A stretch of 64,000 bases of DNA from Octopus vulgaris (lineage: Eukaryota): positions 4,278,001 to 4,342,000 of the forward strand of contig OX597816.1 of assembly GCA_951406725.2 (NCBI GenBank). The letters are read 5' to 3'. Position numbers and translations under genes: made by a program. The notes under the pieces were generated by a model that ran no database searches, was not told where the DNA came from, and worked only from the letters and a program-made list of their open reading frames with translations. Below are positions 1 to 12,404 of this stretch, piece by piece (position 1 is the stretch's first letter; every line of letters begins with the position of its first letter).

Positions 1-82
1 CTAATGAGCTGTGGCCATGCTGGGGCACCGCCATTCTTAATTATATATATATTATATATATTATATATATATATATATATAT

Positions 83-130
<48 letters not shown>

Positions 131-131
<1 letters not shown>

Positions 132-313
132 ATTGGATAATATTGGATACAACTCCATAATTGGATACAACTCACCCAACAAAAACTCACTACTTGAATG
201 GACCATAAACAAAACTTGACTTAAACAGGATTCAAATAATCCTATCAGGTGGTGCTATTGTTAGACATGCCCTGGACCAATCTTTGGTCGAAACATATCT
301 AAGTTTATCTAAG

Positions 314-314
<1 letters not shown>
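131..314 (+). mobile_element. 5'-truncated 3' end of a CR1/L2-type LINE (same family as 5411-6300 and 42147-42523)
   Basis: Near-identical to the 3' UTR at 5990-6300 (ggattc.aataatcctatcaggtggtgctatt...ggtcgaaacatatctaagttt); sits between (TA)n tracts. Confidence 0.85.
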
Positions 315-379
<65 letters not shown>

Positions 380-382
<3 letters not shown>

Positions 383-520
383 AGTATTCACGAAGAAAAC
401 AAAAGACGAAGACAAGTGGTGTAAAAAACAAACAGATGTATTAGTGTCGCGCTCGGGAATTGAAAAAGTTGTTTAGTTTCGAGCCTACGCTCTTCCACGG
501 AAAGGAACACAGAAAGAAAT
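380..520 (-). mobile_element. Penelope-like pseudo-LTR fragment (same family as 7111-7480) with decayed hammerhead motif
   Basis: Reverse complement matches 7345-7478 (gaagagcgtaggctcgaaac...ctaatacat...cttcgtcttttgttt); abuts (TA)n. Confidence 0.6.
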
Positions 521-2935
521 GTAAAACGCAAACAAGGAGGTCGGGATTTAACATCGCTCATGTCATTATTTCTCTCTGTAACTTTGTGATTTTGAGTTGA
601 ACTCGAAGAGCGAAGCATTTAGAATTGAAAAGGAACGAAATAAGATGGCTCCATGGGAAGAGAGATGAGGATAAATACATCCTCTCATATATATCCGTTC
701 AGTAAGACGCAGAAGCGTCTCATGTTGAAAATTTGGCACTTTTGTTGGTCTTTATAAGTGACAGTGGGTAGCCTTGCAAGACCGTACGGCAAGGTTAGGC
801 CTCACGACTACTTGCAGGAGTTGGCGGGTGTTAGATTGGATGAAATTAAAAGATATCGCTGTCGTGCAGGAAGAGCTCAGCCGGGACAGTGGATGCTCAG
901 AGGTAAACAAAAGACAATCATTTATGAGCATAAATTGATTTATTTGAAACTGTTTTGTTACGTTTCTTTAAAATTCAAGTTTAAGTTAAATAATTTAATT
1001 TAATATTTATTCTTATAGACCCAGAAAGTAAAGTACATGTATAATCCTTGAAGATTATCAGAAGAAATTGGGGTATGGCTACACCAGTAATCACTATACA
1101 ACAGGTATATATTTCGTTATCTAATTGAAGTAAAATCGAAACAAGCTTAGCAGACACGGAATGCCTTATATAACAATGTTCAAAACTACTTCACACCTCG
1201 ATGCGTTTTGTTATGAAGGTAACAGTTTAGGAATTTAAAATCGAATTTATCTCGTGTAAAATGCTGTGTTCATTACTGTTTGGACCTGGTACGAGAGGTT
1301 TGTGGGTCTATGCTCCGTATAACTCCACAATCACGAATACTCAGATACACAGCATAGCACTTTCACTCATAGCAGATTAGATAAACATGTACTTAGACAC
1401 TGTATAGCTCTAGCGATAAACATCGAAGGTGCTTACTAGACTTAGAAATAATATGGTTTGATGTTTAGTGAAGCTATAAATACCGAAAACGCGTGCGTGT
1501 TGTGGAAATTTACGTTATTCAAAGATTATGAGAAGTGGTTGTAGATAAATCAGCCACTCTGCAGCGGGAATTGTAAGAACAGCTGCAGAAATATGGCAGT
1601 GTTTCTTCTTGCAGCGCCATATTGAAGATTGAAATTCGAACAATAACCATAAATTAAATATTTATTTTAGAAATATTGAAATACAACGTAAGGGACCTGG
1701 AGATATAAACTAACATCACCTTGAATCAGGAAGATGCATTAACCATGCCAGGCCTGTGCTATACTTTATTGGGAAGCGCTTCTTCGCTACACGGCGAAGC
1801 ATTGCGTTTATAGCACTATTCTATCTCAGAACCACAAAACTCACTATCATAATTCAATACTTCCTTGCAACAAGAATTCTTTGCTACAGCAGCAGAAACA
1901 GAAGCAGGTGGTGCAACTAAAATAATTTTACGAGTGTTTGGTAGCAGATTTACAGAAATGTAATTCATACTTTAAATTCAAACATTGACATGAAGTTAGT
2001 AGCAGAGCTTTGGCATCCAAGTTGAAATTTAAAATCAGCTACTGACAAATGGTAAATAATATGACGACGCCAAACAAGAATTGAGTGATACAAGAAACGA
2101 AGCAAGAACGGTATCTCTCCATATCACTCGTTAATGCGTAGAAAGAAAGATATTTGAAGATTCATCCGTTTTTATGTTACCATTTAATTGTATTGATTAT
2201 AAAATAGGATAAATTTATGTTATTAACACAACCAAAATAGAGGGAAATAATCGACTTCGGTAGATTTGAATATTCGTTTTGATCGACAACACTTTTTCAG
2301 CCTTTCTCTATAAATCTGTGATCTTGTGTCTCCCAAAAGCCAAATGTATATAGACTTAAGAAATAGGAAAAGCAACGAATGTATATTTGAAAAGAAAAGG
2401 TCCCAAAGTAAGTATGAAGTAAACAAATAAATCCTGTTTATATATTAGCACAAGAAATTACGATACAATAAGTCAGAATTAAGTAAAATAAAATCAAGCG
2501 TTGATGACAGTGAAGGGTCTATAACCTTTCGGAAGTACGTTGAATATGTCCTTTTTGGAATTGGCTCATGAAGCACACTCAACGCCACAAACGGTAGTAT
2601 ACAAAACACTAGGCCGAAAATCCCTTGGGATGGAAAAAGTTGAAGGCTATCCCTAGGGTCAGGGTTTCCTACACGCCATCAACACCTCCACGCGATCATC
2701 TTCAGCTTCATATGCACTGCGAGAACCACCTCCAGATAATATTGAAATCAAGTGAAATCGAGCAAAATAAGACAAAAGATCAAAGATCAGTGTCGGGGTG
2801 AGGCTGTTGTGTCACCAATACTGAATTGTGCACTAACATTGCGGATGGAAATTAGAATATTAGTGAAGCGATACAATATAAATATACTGAGGAAAATGGA
2901 AAATGAAATGTAAATAAAGAATATAAAGTGTGTTT

Positions 2936-2936
2936 G

Positions 2937-2998
<62 letters not shown>

Positions 2999-3011
2999 CT
3001 ATATGTATATA

Positions 3012-3057
<46 letters not shown>

Positions 3058-3133
3058 AGCTAGCTAGCTAGCTAACTATAAATATATATATATACATATA
3101 TATCTATATCTATCTATCTATCTAGCTAGCTAG

Positions 3134-3189
<56 letters not shown>

Positions 3190-3261
3190 CTAGCTATATA
3201 AATATATATATATACATATATATCTATATCTATCTATCTATCTATCTATCTAGCTAGCTAG

Positions 3262-3307
<46 letters not shown>
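2936..3307. repeat. Compound (TA)n/(TAGC)n/(TATC)n microsatellite with an internal duplication of about 130 bp
   Basis: Block tagctagcta...tataaatatatatatatacatatatatctatatctatc...tagctagctaactata occurs twice (about 3057-3186 and 3187-3307). Confidence 0.85.
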
Positions 3308-3310
<3 letters not shown>

Positions 3311-3864
3311 CACATAATATGGGCCTTAGAATATTAAAAATTTCTTATATTCGTGAAGCACAACAAAAGAAGATTATACAATGAAATAAGACAATATTGT
3401 GATAAAGGAATCTGATGCCAGTGGCGAAATATGTCCAAATATTGAAGTTAAAGCTAGAGTTATTGACAGTTCCGTAGAATAATAACAGTTCTCTAGAATA
3501 TACAATATGTAACATGAAATATAAAATGCAAAACTTTGAACAGTGTTCTTGGATAAAGGAAAACATTATAAGACATTATAAAGAATAATAGAAAAAATAA
3601 CCGGAAGATACAAGAACAGTAAAAGTGAAAAAAGTAGAATATAAATATAGAAAAATCCAAATTATATCCGTAAAAGACTCCAGATGGGGGAAACAGTTAC
3701 ATGTGGTGTTAGAAGTATTTTCTTTGGTTGAGCATTGACAATGGAATCAGTGTGGTGTGGGTAATTTAAGGAGAGAGTTATTCGCATATGATTGATGTTG
3801 TCGTGCGGCAGCATAGGTTACTGGAACGGCTAAAGTGTTGATACCTATTATCTTGAACAGAGAG

Positions 3865-4690
3865 TGCCGATATGTGCTGCCTCCAAGAAGTAAGATGGAG
3901 AGGAGGTACCACTGGGTTCCTCACAGGAAAAGAACACAGGTACAAGATTTTCTGGGCAGGGAACACTGACGGGGTCGGAGGCGTAGGTATACTTCTTGCG
4001 GAGAAATGGGTGGATACGGTAATCGAGGTAGTCAGAGTATGCGACAGAATACTTAAGATTAGAATAGTGCTTCATCATGGGTTAGTAACCATTATCTCGG
4101 CCTATGCCCCTCAACCGGGGCTACCCGATGGACAGAAAGACCGATTCAATGACACCCTCTTGCAGACTACCTCGTTGACGAATGACAGGGACCTTCTCTT
4201 TGTGGCTGGTGACTTCAATGGGCATGTTGGACAACATCCTGGGGGCTTCCATGACGTACATGGAGGCTATGGTTTTGGTTTCCACAATGAGGAGGGAACC
4301 AGGCTGCTAGAGGTCTGCGATGCAAATGATCTTATGGTTCGCAATACTAAATTCAGGAAACCTGCCAGTCACCTAGTCACCTAACTTTCTGGCAGACACA
4401 CTAACCAAATTGACTACATCCTCGCCAGAAAAAGGGAAAGATGTCTGCTTATAAATGCCAAAACCTTCTCAGGCGAAGAATGTACCCCACAACATAGACT
4501 GGTAGCTAGTGACTTCAGGATCAGGGCTAAGTGGATGCCCAGAAGACGAACAACATGGAGGAGAAGGGTCTGGAAGCTTAAAGATCCTACGAATGGACAA
4601 AGATTTAGAGACGTATAACTCGAAGCCTTTGACGAGATAGAAGGAGATTTAGCTTCACACGATGTAGAAGACAACTGGAGGTTTCTGCGC
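3865..4690 (+). mobile_element. RTE-clade LINE fragment, APE-type endonuclease domain (pseudogenised)
   Basis: ORF 3872-4384 has CLQEVRW, GVGGVGILL, ISAYAPQ, GDFNGHVG, NEEG.RLLE; after an in-frame stop it continues QIDYIL...PQHRLVASD. These are standard RTE/BovB endonuclease motifs. Confidence 0.9.
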
Positions 4691-4796
4691 TTCTTTATAT
4701 AGGGTGGTGGTGGTGGTGGTGGTAGAGGAAGTCTTGCCGAAGAGAGTGGTAATCGGAAGAGAAAGAGAGGGACAGACATCAGACAGAGTGAGGCAA

Positions 4797-4832
<36 letters not shown>

Positions 4833-5355
4833 GGTGTGGTGGTCAGAACACGAGGGAGAAAAATATTCTTTTGGGATTTGTGTAGCATATATATATATAT
4901 ATATATATATATACGCTATAAGCAATAAATAATAAAAGACAGTAATTGTATTTTGAAATGATATCACTATATAAACATGATGAATGAATTGTTTAAATCG
5001 TTCATATCTTATTCAAGCAGAAATATGCTTGGTATCAAACAACATAGGAAATAAATTATTTTCTGACGTATTAAGTGAGCTGGGTTCTTGGTTTTGTTTT
5101 TCTCTTGTGTTTCGTAGGTTGCACATCCTTTAATGAACGACGAGATTACGTTGGTAGATTTATTATTAGTTTTTATTTAAATGAAATGCGTGGGGGTTAT
5201 TATGTGGGAGAAAGAGAAGAGCGACTTAATACATAAAACATCACTTCCGTTTACTCTTTTAAGCGCTTAACAACGAAATAACATCTCTCTACTTACAGAT
5301 GGAATACACACATGCGCATATAAATGTAGATATATATCTATAGTTTATACACATT

Positions 5356-5410
<55 letters not shown>

Positions 5411-6300
5411 ACTCAGTTGGAGTGCACACATCAACAAGAAGGTCGATATAGCTCGTAGGATGAGTTCCTGGATCTTAAGAACTTTCTGGTCCAGAGAACA
5501 AGGTGTCATCATACCACTTTTTTCCTCCTTTGTACGGCCACACCTTGAATACTGCTGCCCACTGTGGTCTCCTCACACAAGACAAAACATCTCCAGAATT
5601 GAGTCAACCCAGAGGGCTCTCACTAAACAAATTGAAGGCATGGCTGCTCTCTATTATTGGGATCGCCTTAAAGCCTTGAAACTTTACTCCCTCCAGCGTC
5701 GCCGTGAGCGGTACATCATTTGTACGATGTGGAAAATATACCGCCAACTTTGCCCAAACGACCTAAACATTAGCTTCAAGGTTCATCCAAGACTTGGACC
5801 ACGGGCTATACGTCCCCTGCCGAATTCAAGATCACAACATACACGTACACTGCAACATAATTTCTTTTCCTCAACAGGCCCTGCCCTATTTAACATTGTC
5901 CCGAGGGAGATCAAAGAGGAAAAGGATCCCATCAACTTCAAACAGAGTCTGGATAGATTCCTTCAAAGAATACCAGATAAGCCACCCATAATTGGATACA
6001 ACTCACCCAACAAGAACTCACTACTTGAACAAAACTGGATACAACTCACCCAACAAGAACTCACTACTTGAACAAAACTGGATACTTCTCACCCAACAAG
6101 AACTCACTACTTGAACAAAACTGGATACTTCTCACCCAACAAGAACTCACTACTTGAACAAAACTGGATACTTCTCACCCAACAAGAACTCACTACTTGA
6201 ACAAAACTTGACTTAAACAGGATTCGAATAATCCTATCAGGTGGTGCTATTAAGTTAGACATGGCCTGGACCAATCTCTGGTCGAAACATATCTAAGTTT
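5411..6300 (+). mobile_element. CR1/L2-type LINE 3' end (RT thumb/C-terminus, 3' UTR hairpin and tail)
   Basis: LSWSAHI...SFVRPHLEYCCPLWSPH...LKLYSLQRRRERY...GPALFNIVP...FKQSLDRFL; 3' hairpin gacca/tggtc and atctaagttt tail. Confidence 0.9.
5993..6207 (+). repeat. 43-bp tandem repeat, 5 copies, inside the LINE 3' end
   Basis: Unit tggatac(aa/tt)ctcacccaacaagaactcactacttgaacaaaac starts at 5993, 6036, 6079, 6122 and 6165. Confidence 0.95.
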
Positions 6301-6408
6301 TATGTATGTATGTATGTATGTATGTATGTATGTATATACAATAATTTTATTTCGTAATGAGCTAAAAAATCAAGGCTGTGTGGATATTAGAACATTTATA
6401 GATAGAAG

Positions 6409-6460
6409 GTCTTACAGCTGTTTCCAGGATATTTATTAATGATATCCCTTCATCGGAGAC
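6409..6460 (-). ncRNA. Minimal type I hammerhead ribozyme variant in a Penelope-like pseudo-LTR (about 6340-6560)
   Basis: Minus strand: gtct CCGATGA a gggatat-cattaataa-atatcct g GAAA cagctg TA agac; stem I gtct/agac, palindromic stem III ACAGCTGT, U4-to-C core change. Confidence 0.65.
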
Positions 6461-6566
6461 GGTGTGAGAGGATGGTTAAGTAATAGTTAATTTAGATAAG
6501 ATAAAAAATAGAGAGTGAGGTGGAGGAAATAAAAGAAAATCGATGTGAGATATATAGGGATATTGC

Positions 6567-6629
<63 letters not shown>

Positions 6630-7110
6630 CATATGCAAGTGTATGTATGTATGTGTAAATGCATAAATATGAATATATGCATGTATATATAAATATGTGT
6701 ATATCCATATATATGTATGTGTCTATTTTTTTCTATCGCATTTTTTAAATCCTACTTTTGGTACTAATGGATAACATATTTAACCTAAAATAAGAAGCTG
6801 CTTACAGAGAAATATGTGTGGATATACGTCATAAATGATAGATCTCTTGTGGTTCGATTTACAAAATCATCATTCACTTTAATATATCGAATCACTTGTT
6901 CTGTAGCGCTGCGAGAAATTTCACTGAATATTTTTAAATGAGGAAAGAAATAGGAAGGAACAAGTTACGCACACTCTGGCTTGCAGATTTATCTTAAATA
7001 CTTACCGGTAGATTCGTACGTGAGCGTGTCCATCGCTGCTGTGTTTTGGCAGAAGAGGACATCTCCTTTACGATACATGTATATATATATATATATATCA
7101 TATAAGGTGA

Positions 7111-7196
7111 GAAAGTCTTTTACGTTTCGAGCCTACGCTCTTCGACAGAAAAGAACACGCGGAAATAAACATAGAGAGAATATGTTTGTATGTATG

Positions 7197-7279
<83 letters not shown>

Positions 7280-7480
7280 AGGATGCCATGATAGATCGTT
7301 AGCTCCTACACGCATTTTTTCTCTCCTTGTTTTTTTCTGTGTATCTTTCTGTCGAAGAGCGTAGGCTCGAAACGTAAAAGACTTTTTCTCTTTCTATCCC
7401 TGAGCGCTATACTAATACATTTGTTTGTTTGTACTCCACCTGCCTTCGTCTTTTGTTTAATTTCGTAAACTTTCCCTTTA
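7111..7480. mobile_element. Penelope-like inverted pseudo-LTR pair, each arm with a variant hammerhead motif (7116-7153 minus; 7344-7381 plus)
   Basis: 7111-7158 is the reverse complement of about 7338-7386; plus copy reads tcttt CTGTCGA a gagc-gtag-gctc GAAA cg TA aaaga. Confidence 0.6.
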
Positions 7481-7624
7481 TATATGTATATATGTGTATG
7501 TACATATGTATATGTATGTATATATATAGAGAGAGAAAGAGAGAACGAGAGAGAGAGAAAGAGGAAAAGCGAGAGAGAAAGAAAAGAGAGAGAGAGAGAG
7601 AGAAAAAGAATTATGAGGTAGATT

Positions 7625-7703
<79 letters not shown>

Positions 7704-8823
7704 GGATAGATATTCCACGCTCTCTATTTTCAGTTTCATTTCTTTTGAGAAATGGTTGTTGCAAGCGGCCGTATGAATATGTGACATACATAAGAAGCTG
7801 GTAAGTCGTGAGATGAAGAACTGGCATCATTTTCTTCACACAGACAAATATATGTACATATAAAGCACCATTATGATAAAGACGTTAGTCAGATCGTATT
7901 CTCTAAAACTATCATGTTTCAAACAGTAAATTTGCTTCTGGCGATGTGAGTTAAAATGATGGCTGAGTTAAAATTCATGTGGCTTCATCTTATTTGTTTG
8001 CTTCTTCTATTTGTGTTTTGTTTCTTCTTTCATTTTCTCTAAGAACGTAGACGGTTTGTTGTTTTGCGACTAGAATGGCTTTTATCTAATTTGGTATTTA
8101 CATTTGTACAAATGCTGAGAAGGCAACGAGAGGCGTCCAGTGAGACATTTATGGAGGGGTATCTGACCGAGTTGAGACTCTCTCATTGTCGGGGTTGGTA
8201 TTGATATCATCCTCATAATCACCATCTCAACATCTTCATCATCATCAGCAACATCATCAGCATCAGCAATTGCAGCAACATATTATGATACAGAAATTTT
8301 ATTTTAGCAAACACTTACTCAACTGTTTTAGTTCCACCAGTGATATAAAATGAATATCAACAGCCCATGCTGTAGTGGTACCCTAGTGAATCATTTATTC
8401 AAAATGAATCTTGGTAGAATGAGAGATCTGATTCTGTTCATATTGAGAAAAATATCTTCAATCTGACTGTGTAAACTACAAAATATAAAATCTTCGGCGT
8501 TGATGAAGCAGAAAATTTTGTTATATTAAAAATCGTTTTCAATACAAGAATTACATTTCCTTCACTGAAATTCTTCAGTTACTTTGAAATATATTGTACT
8601 TACACAAATCTTATGTCGTAAATTCCTACAGAAATCCATTCACCTTCGCACAATGCATTGCATCTCCCTTTATAGTAGTTCAGTCCAGTTGAGAAATTAT
8701 GCCTCGTCCCTTGAAGCATATTTAATTATCCAACGCTGTTGTCGTCATCATTCCTCCCGGTTTTTCCCCTTCATTTACGCAGCTATACGTGTGTGTGTGT
8801 GTGAGCGTGTGAGTGTGTGTGTG

Positions 8824-8859
<36 letters not shown>

Positions 8860-9027
8860 ACTGTAGGTACTAATTTATTTATTTATCTCTTTCGTGTCAC
8901 CTTTCTGTAATCTTATAATTAAATTGAAAATATTTGACATCAAATTTATTTCTTCATGATATATTATGACTTTATCATTGCAATATAAAACACCTCTCAG
9001 TCACAAACACACACACACAATTATGTT

Positions 9028-9065
<38 letters not shown>

Positions 9066-9175
9066 GTGTGTATGTATATGTATATGTGTGTATGTATATA
9101 TGTATATGTGTGTATATATATATATGTGTCTGTATATATATATATATATGCACACACACACACACACACACACAC

Positions 9176-9215
<40 letters not shown>

Positions 9216-9683
9216 CATTGTTAATAAAAACAAACCACTTAATACCTAAAACATTTAATCATATATAAATATCACGATTATAGAAAATGATATATATATA
9301 TAAAAAAACACAGAAGATAAAAATATATATGTGAATAAAATACAAATAGAACGGCCTATCAAAAAGGTAAATAAACGACTAGAAATTCAAAAGTGTGCCA
9401 TACTGCAAAAAAGAAAAGACAAAACCATAAGCTAAGATAAAATATTAAACGACGAAGAATGTTTTATCAAACTATTAAAAATATTATAAAACAATTTTTT
9501 TTACTCCACTCACACAAGAGTACGTTCAAAGTTCAATATTTAAAACCATGGTAGGTTAGAGGTCATGCGCAAACAGACTTCCACAAAGTCAATTCAAATA
9601 CATGAATGGCCATTTCAGAAGCTCATAGTTATAAACATTCATTAGGAATCAAGGCACATCGACATTTTCTTTTCTTTCATTTA

Positions 9684-9919
9684 TTTCAGTCATTTATTTC
9701 AGTCATTTGACTGCGGCCATGCTGGAGCACCGCCTTTAGTCGAACAAATCGATCCCAGGACTTATACTTTGTATGCCTAGTACTTATTCTATCGGTCTTT
9801 CTTGCCGAACCGCTATTTGACGGGGGCGTAAAAACACCAGCATCGGTTGTCAAGCGATGTTGGGGGGACAAACACAGGCACACAAACATATACATATATA
9901 TATATATATATATATTAAT

Positions 9920-9975
<56 letters not shown>

Positions 9976-10133
9976 GACGGGCTTCTTTCAGTCTCCGTCT
10001 ACCTAATCCACTCACAAGGCTTTGGTCGGCCCGAGAGTATAGTAGAAGACACTTGACCAAAGTGCCACGCAGTGGGACTGAACCCGGAACCATGTGGTTG
10101 GTAAGCAAACTACCTACCACACAACCACTCCTG
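9684..10133 (-). mobile_element. tRNA-derived SINE family A (full length, internal TA/CA microsatellite)
   Basis: Minus strand head with A box (tgtgtggtag) and B box (gggttcagtccc), conserved body, tail gactgaaa; about 9 copies in window. Confidence 0.9.
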
Positions 10134-10335
10134 ATGTGTATATTACGCATATATATATATATATATATAACATATGTATATTGATAAGGAATTGCCAATG
10201 CGGGCAAAATACTTTACAATCTCTCTATCTATTCAAGTATACTAGACTAACAAATTGTTTTGAGATTAGTAAAGAACTCCAGGTTACAGTAAGGTAAGGT
10301 CTGAGGTTGAAGTCCATCATGAACCACTTTAGTAA

Positions 10336-10765
10336 ATTCATGGTCGCATCTCCCAGTTACACTGGTCTTTTTCACTGAGTAATATACATATATAATATAT
10401 AATATATATAATATGTATTCATGTATATATTCATTTATGTATGTATGTATATGTGTAGGTATGTATGTATGTATGTATCGGGGCCTCATATCAGTGAGGG
10501 GGGCCGGTGCGCATTGATGCCGTCGAGAGGTAGGCCCCGAAACGGCGCGCATTCTCTCCTGATGACCCATACACTTGCTAGCTTCCAGTATACGGAGCTT
10601 TTAACTGGTAGCACTTGCATGTGCAAGTTGTTTGCAAGACAATTCATGGTCGCATCTCCCAGTTACACTGATCTTTTTCACTGAGTATTATACATATATA
10701 ATATATAATATATATAATATGTATTCATGTATATATTCATTTATGTAAGTATGTATGTGTGTATG
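10336..10765 (+). repeat. Direct duplication (period 305 bp) of a probable retroelement 3' end plus flanking microsatellite
   Basis: aattcatggtcgcatctcccagttacactg.tctttttcactgagta.tatacatatataat...tcatttatgta occurs at 10336 and 10641. Confidence 0.85.
10474..10573 (+). ncRNA. Candidate topologically rewired (pseudoknotted) hammerhead-like ribozyme
   Basis: gccgTC (10519-24) pairs with GAAAcggc (10539-46); gagag (10525-29) pairs with ctctc directly before CTGATGA (10554-65); further helices ggggcc/ggcccc, gtgcgc/gcgcat, cctca/tgagg and ggg/ccc. Confidence 0.55.
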
Positions 10766-10991
10766 TATGTATGTATGTATGTATGTATGTATGTATGTAT
10801 GTATGTATGTATGTATGTATGTATGTGTGGATGTATGAATGAAAAGAGAAAATGTGAGAGCTAGAATTCAATATTGAAAACGATCTGACCGTTTCTTTAT
10901 CACTGCATTCTATAAAACTATAGATGCAATGTCAAACTCTCCGTTTCCATTTTCCTTTAGTTCGTTACTATTGCTACAGTATTTTACTCTG

Positions 10992-11545
10992 AAGCGGCGA
11001 GCTGGTAGAAACGTTAGCACGCCGGACAAAATGAGTTCAAATTCTGAGTTCAAATTCTACTGAGGTCGACTTTGCATTTCATCATTTCGGGATCGATAAA
11101 TTAAGTACCAGTCGCGTGCTGGGGGTCGATCTAATCGACTGACCCCTCCCTCAAACTTTCAGGCCTTGTGCCTCGAGTAGAAAAGAATATTATTCAACAA
11201 CAAGGCGACAAGGTGACAGAAAGGTTAGCAGGCCGGGCGAAATGCTTAGCGGTATTTCGTCTGTCCTTACATTCTCAGTTCAAATTCTGCCGAGGTCGAC
11301 TTTACCTTTCATCCTTTCTGGGTCGATAAATTAAGTACCAGTTACGCACTGGGGTCGATGTAATCGACTTAATACCTATGTCTGTTCTTGTTTGTCCCTT
11401 CTATGTTTAGCCCCTTGTGGGTAATAAAGAAATAGATATTTCATCTGTCCTTACATTCTGAGTTCAAATTCTGCCGAGGTCGACTTTTCCTTTCATCCTT
11501 TTGGATGTGTCTATCCGATCGACTAGCCCCCAGTAGAAAAGAATA
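10992..11545 (+). mobile_element. SINE family B cluster (monomer followed by a 184-bp-period dimer)
   Basis: Head ggcgagctgg.agaa.cgttagcacgccgg, B box gagttcaaattc, central gtcgactttgcctttcatcctttcggggtcgataaattaagtacc resembling the Deu/Nin SINE domain. Confidence 0.85.
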
Positions 11546-12115
11546 ATTTACTCTGATTTATAAACAGTAAAACGTTTCACATAAGTGGAAACCTTCCAGT
11601 ATTTCCATCCCTTACACTCAGTTCTGGGACACCACCCAGATTGACAGATCGATCTACGATTTCAATACATTTAGAGTCAATATAAATATAAATACCGTAC
11701 CAGCAATATACTAGGGTCAGTGAAATTGTCTTTACTTCTACAAAACAATGAATTTTTTTTTTTACTCAAGCCACCAATCAATAGATTATTCAACCAATTC
11801 CCGTTCTATTTTCTCTCCTCCTACGCTCTTCCTCTCTTTCCTCATTCACTCGTTTATTTCCTACAACAGATTTGTACTTGTGCACGTCATCACTCCCTTT
11901 CCCTCTTCCAATCTCTTCCCCTGTCTCTAGTTCTCCCCCTTTCTCTCCTTCCAACTTCTCTTTCCAGCACATAAAACTACATCACTCTTCCACTACTCAC
12001 ATCCAATGCTAAAGTGATGATGATTTTTTTTGTGTGTTTTTCCTACTTAATCACAATCATAAAACCCCACCCACTCATACAAACAAATCATATTCACACC
12101 TTGTGCACAAACACA

Positions 12116-12171
<56 letters not shown>

Positions 12172-12404
12172 CATAAAACATTTAACGATCGATTTACACT
12201 AACATTAATAACGAACTCCCCTGATGGATATTTTCTCTGTATCTGGCCCTTTATCACTTTGTGTCTCTACGCTGTAATTTCTTTTAACATCGAGACCATC
12301 GACTGTTTTCAAATATCCAATTAAAAAAAAAAATACTACGTTTTCTATGTCATTCGTATAAAATTTAATGATCACTTTTAATATCGAATAAAAAAACCCT
12401 GCGA

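Noticed and set aside
5993-6207. CRISPR-like array
   Set aside because: The 43-bp units are contiguous with no unique spacers, lie inside a eukaryotic LINE, and there are no cas genes.
6262-6300. Hammerhead in LINE 3' UTR (gacca-atctc-tggtc-GAAA)
   Set aside because: No CUGANGA core or stem I; more likely the 3' stem-loop typical of L2/CR1-type LINEs.
10353-10382. Twister ribozyme (ccag-ttaca-ctgg ... gagtaa)
   Set aside because: Lacks the conserved L4 AAGC-type and UAA cleavage-site elements and a P2 helix.
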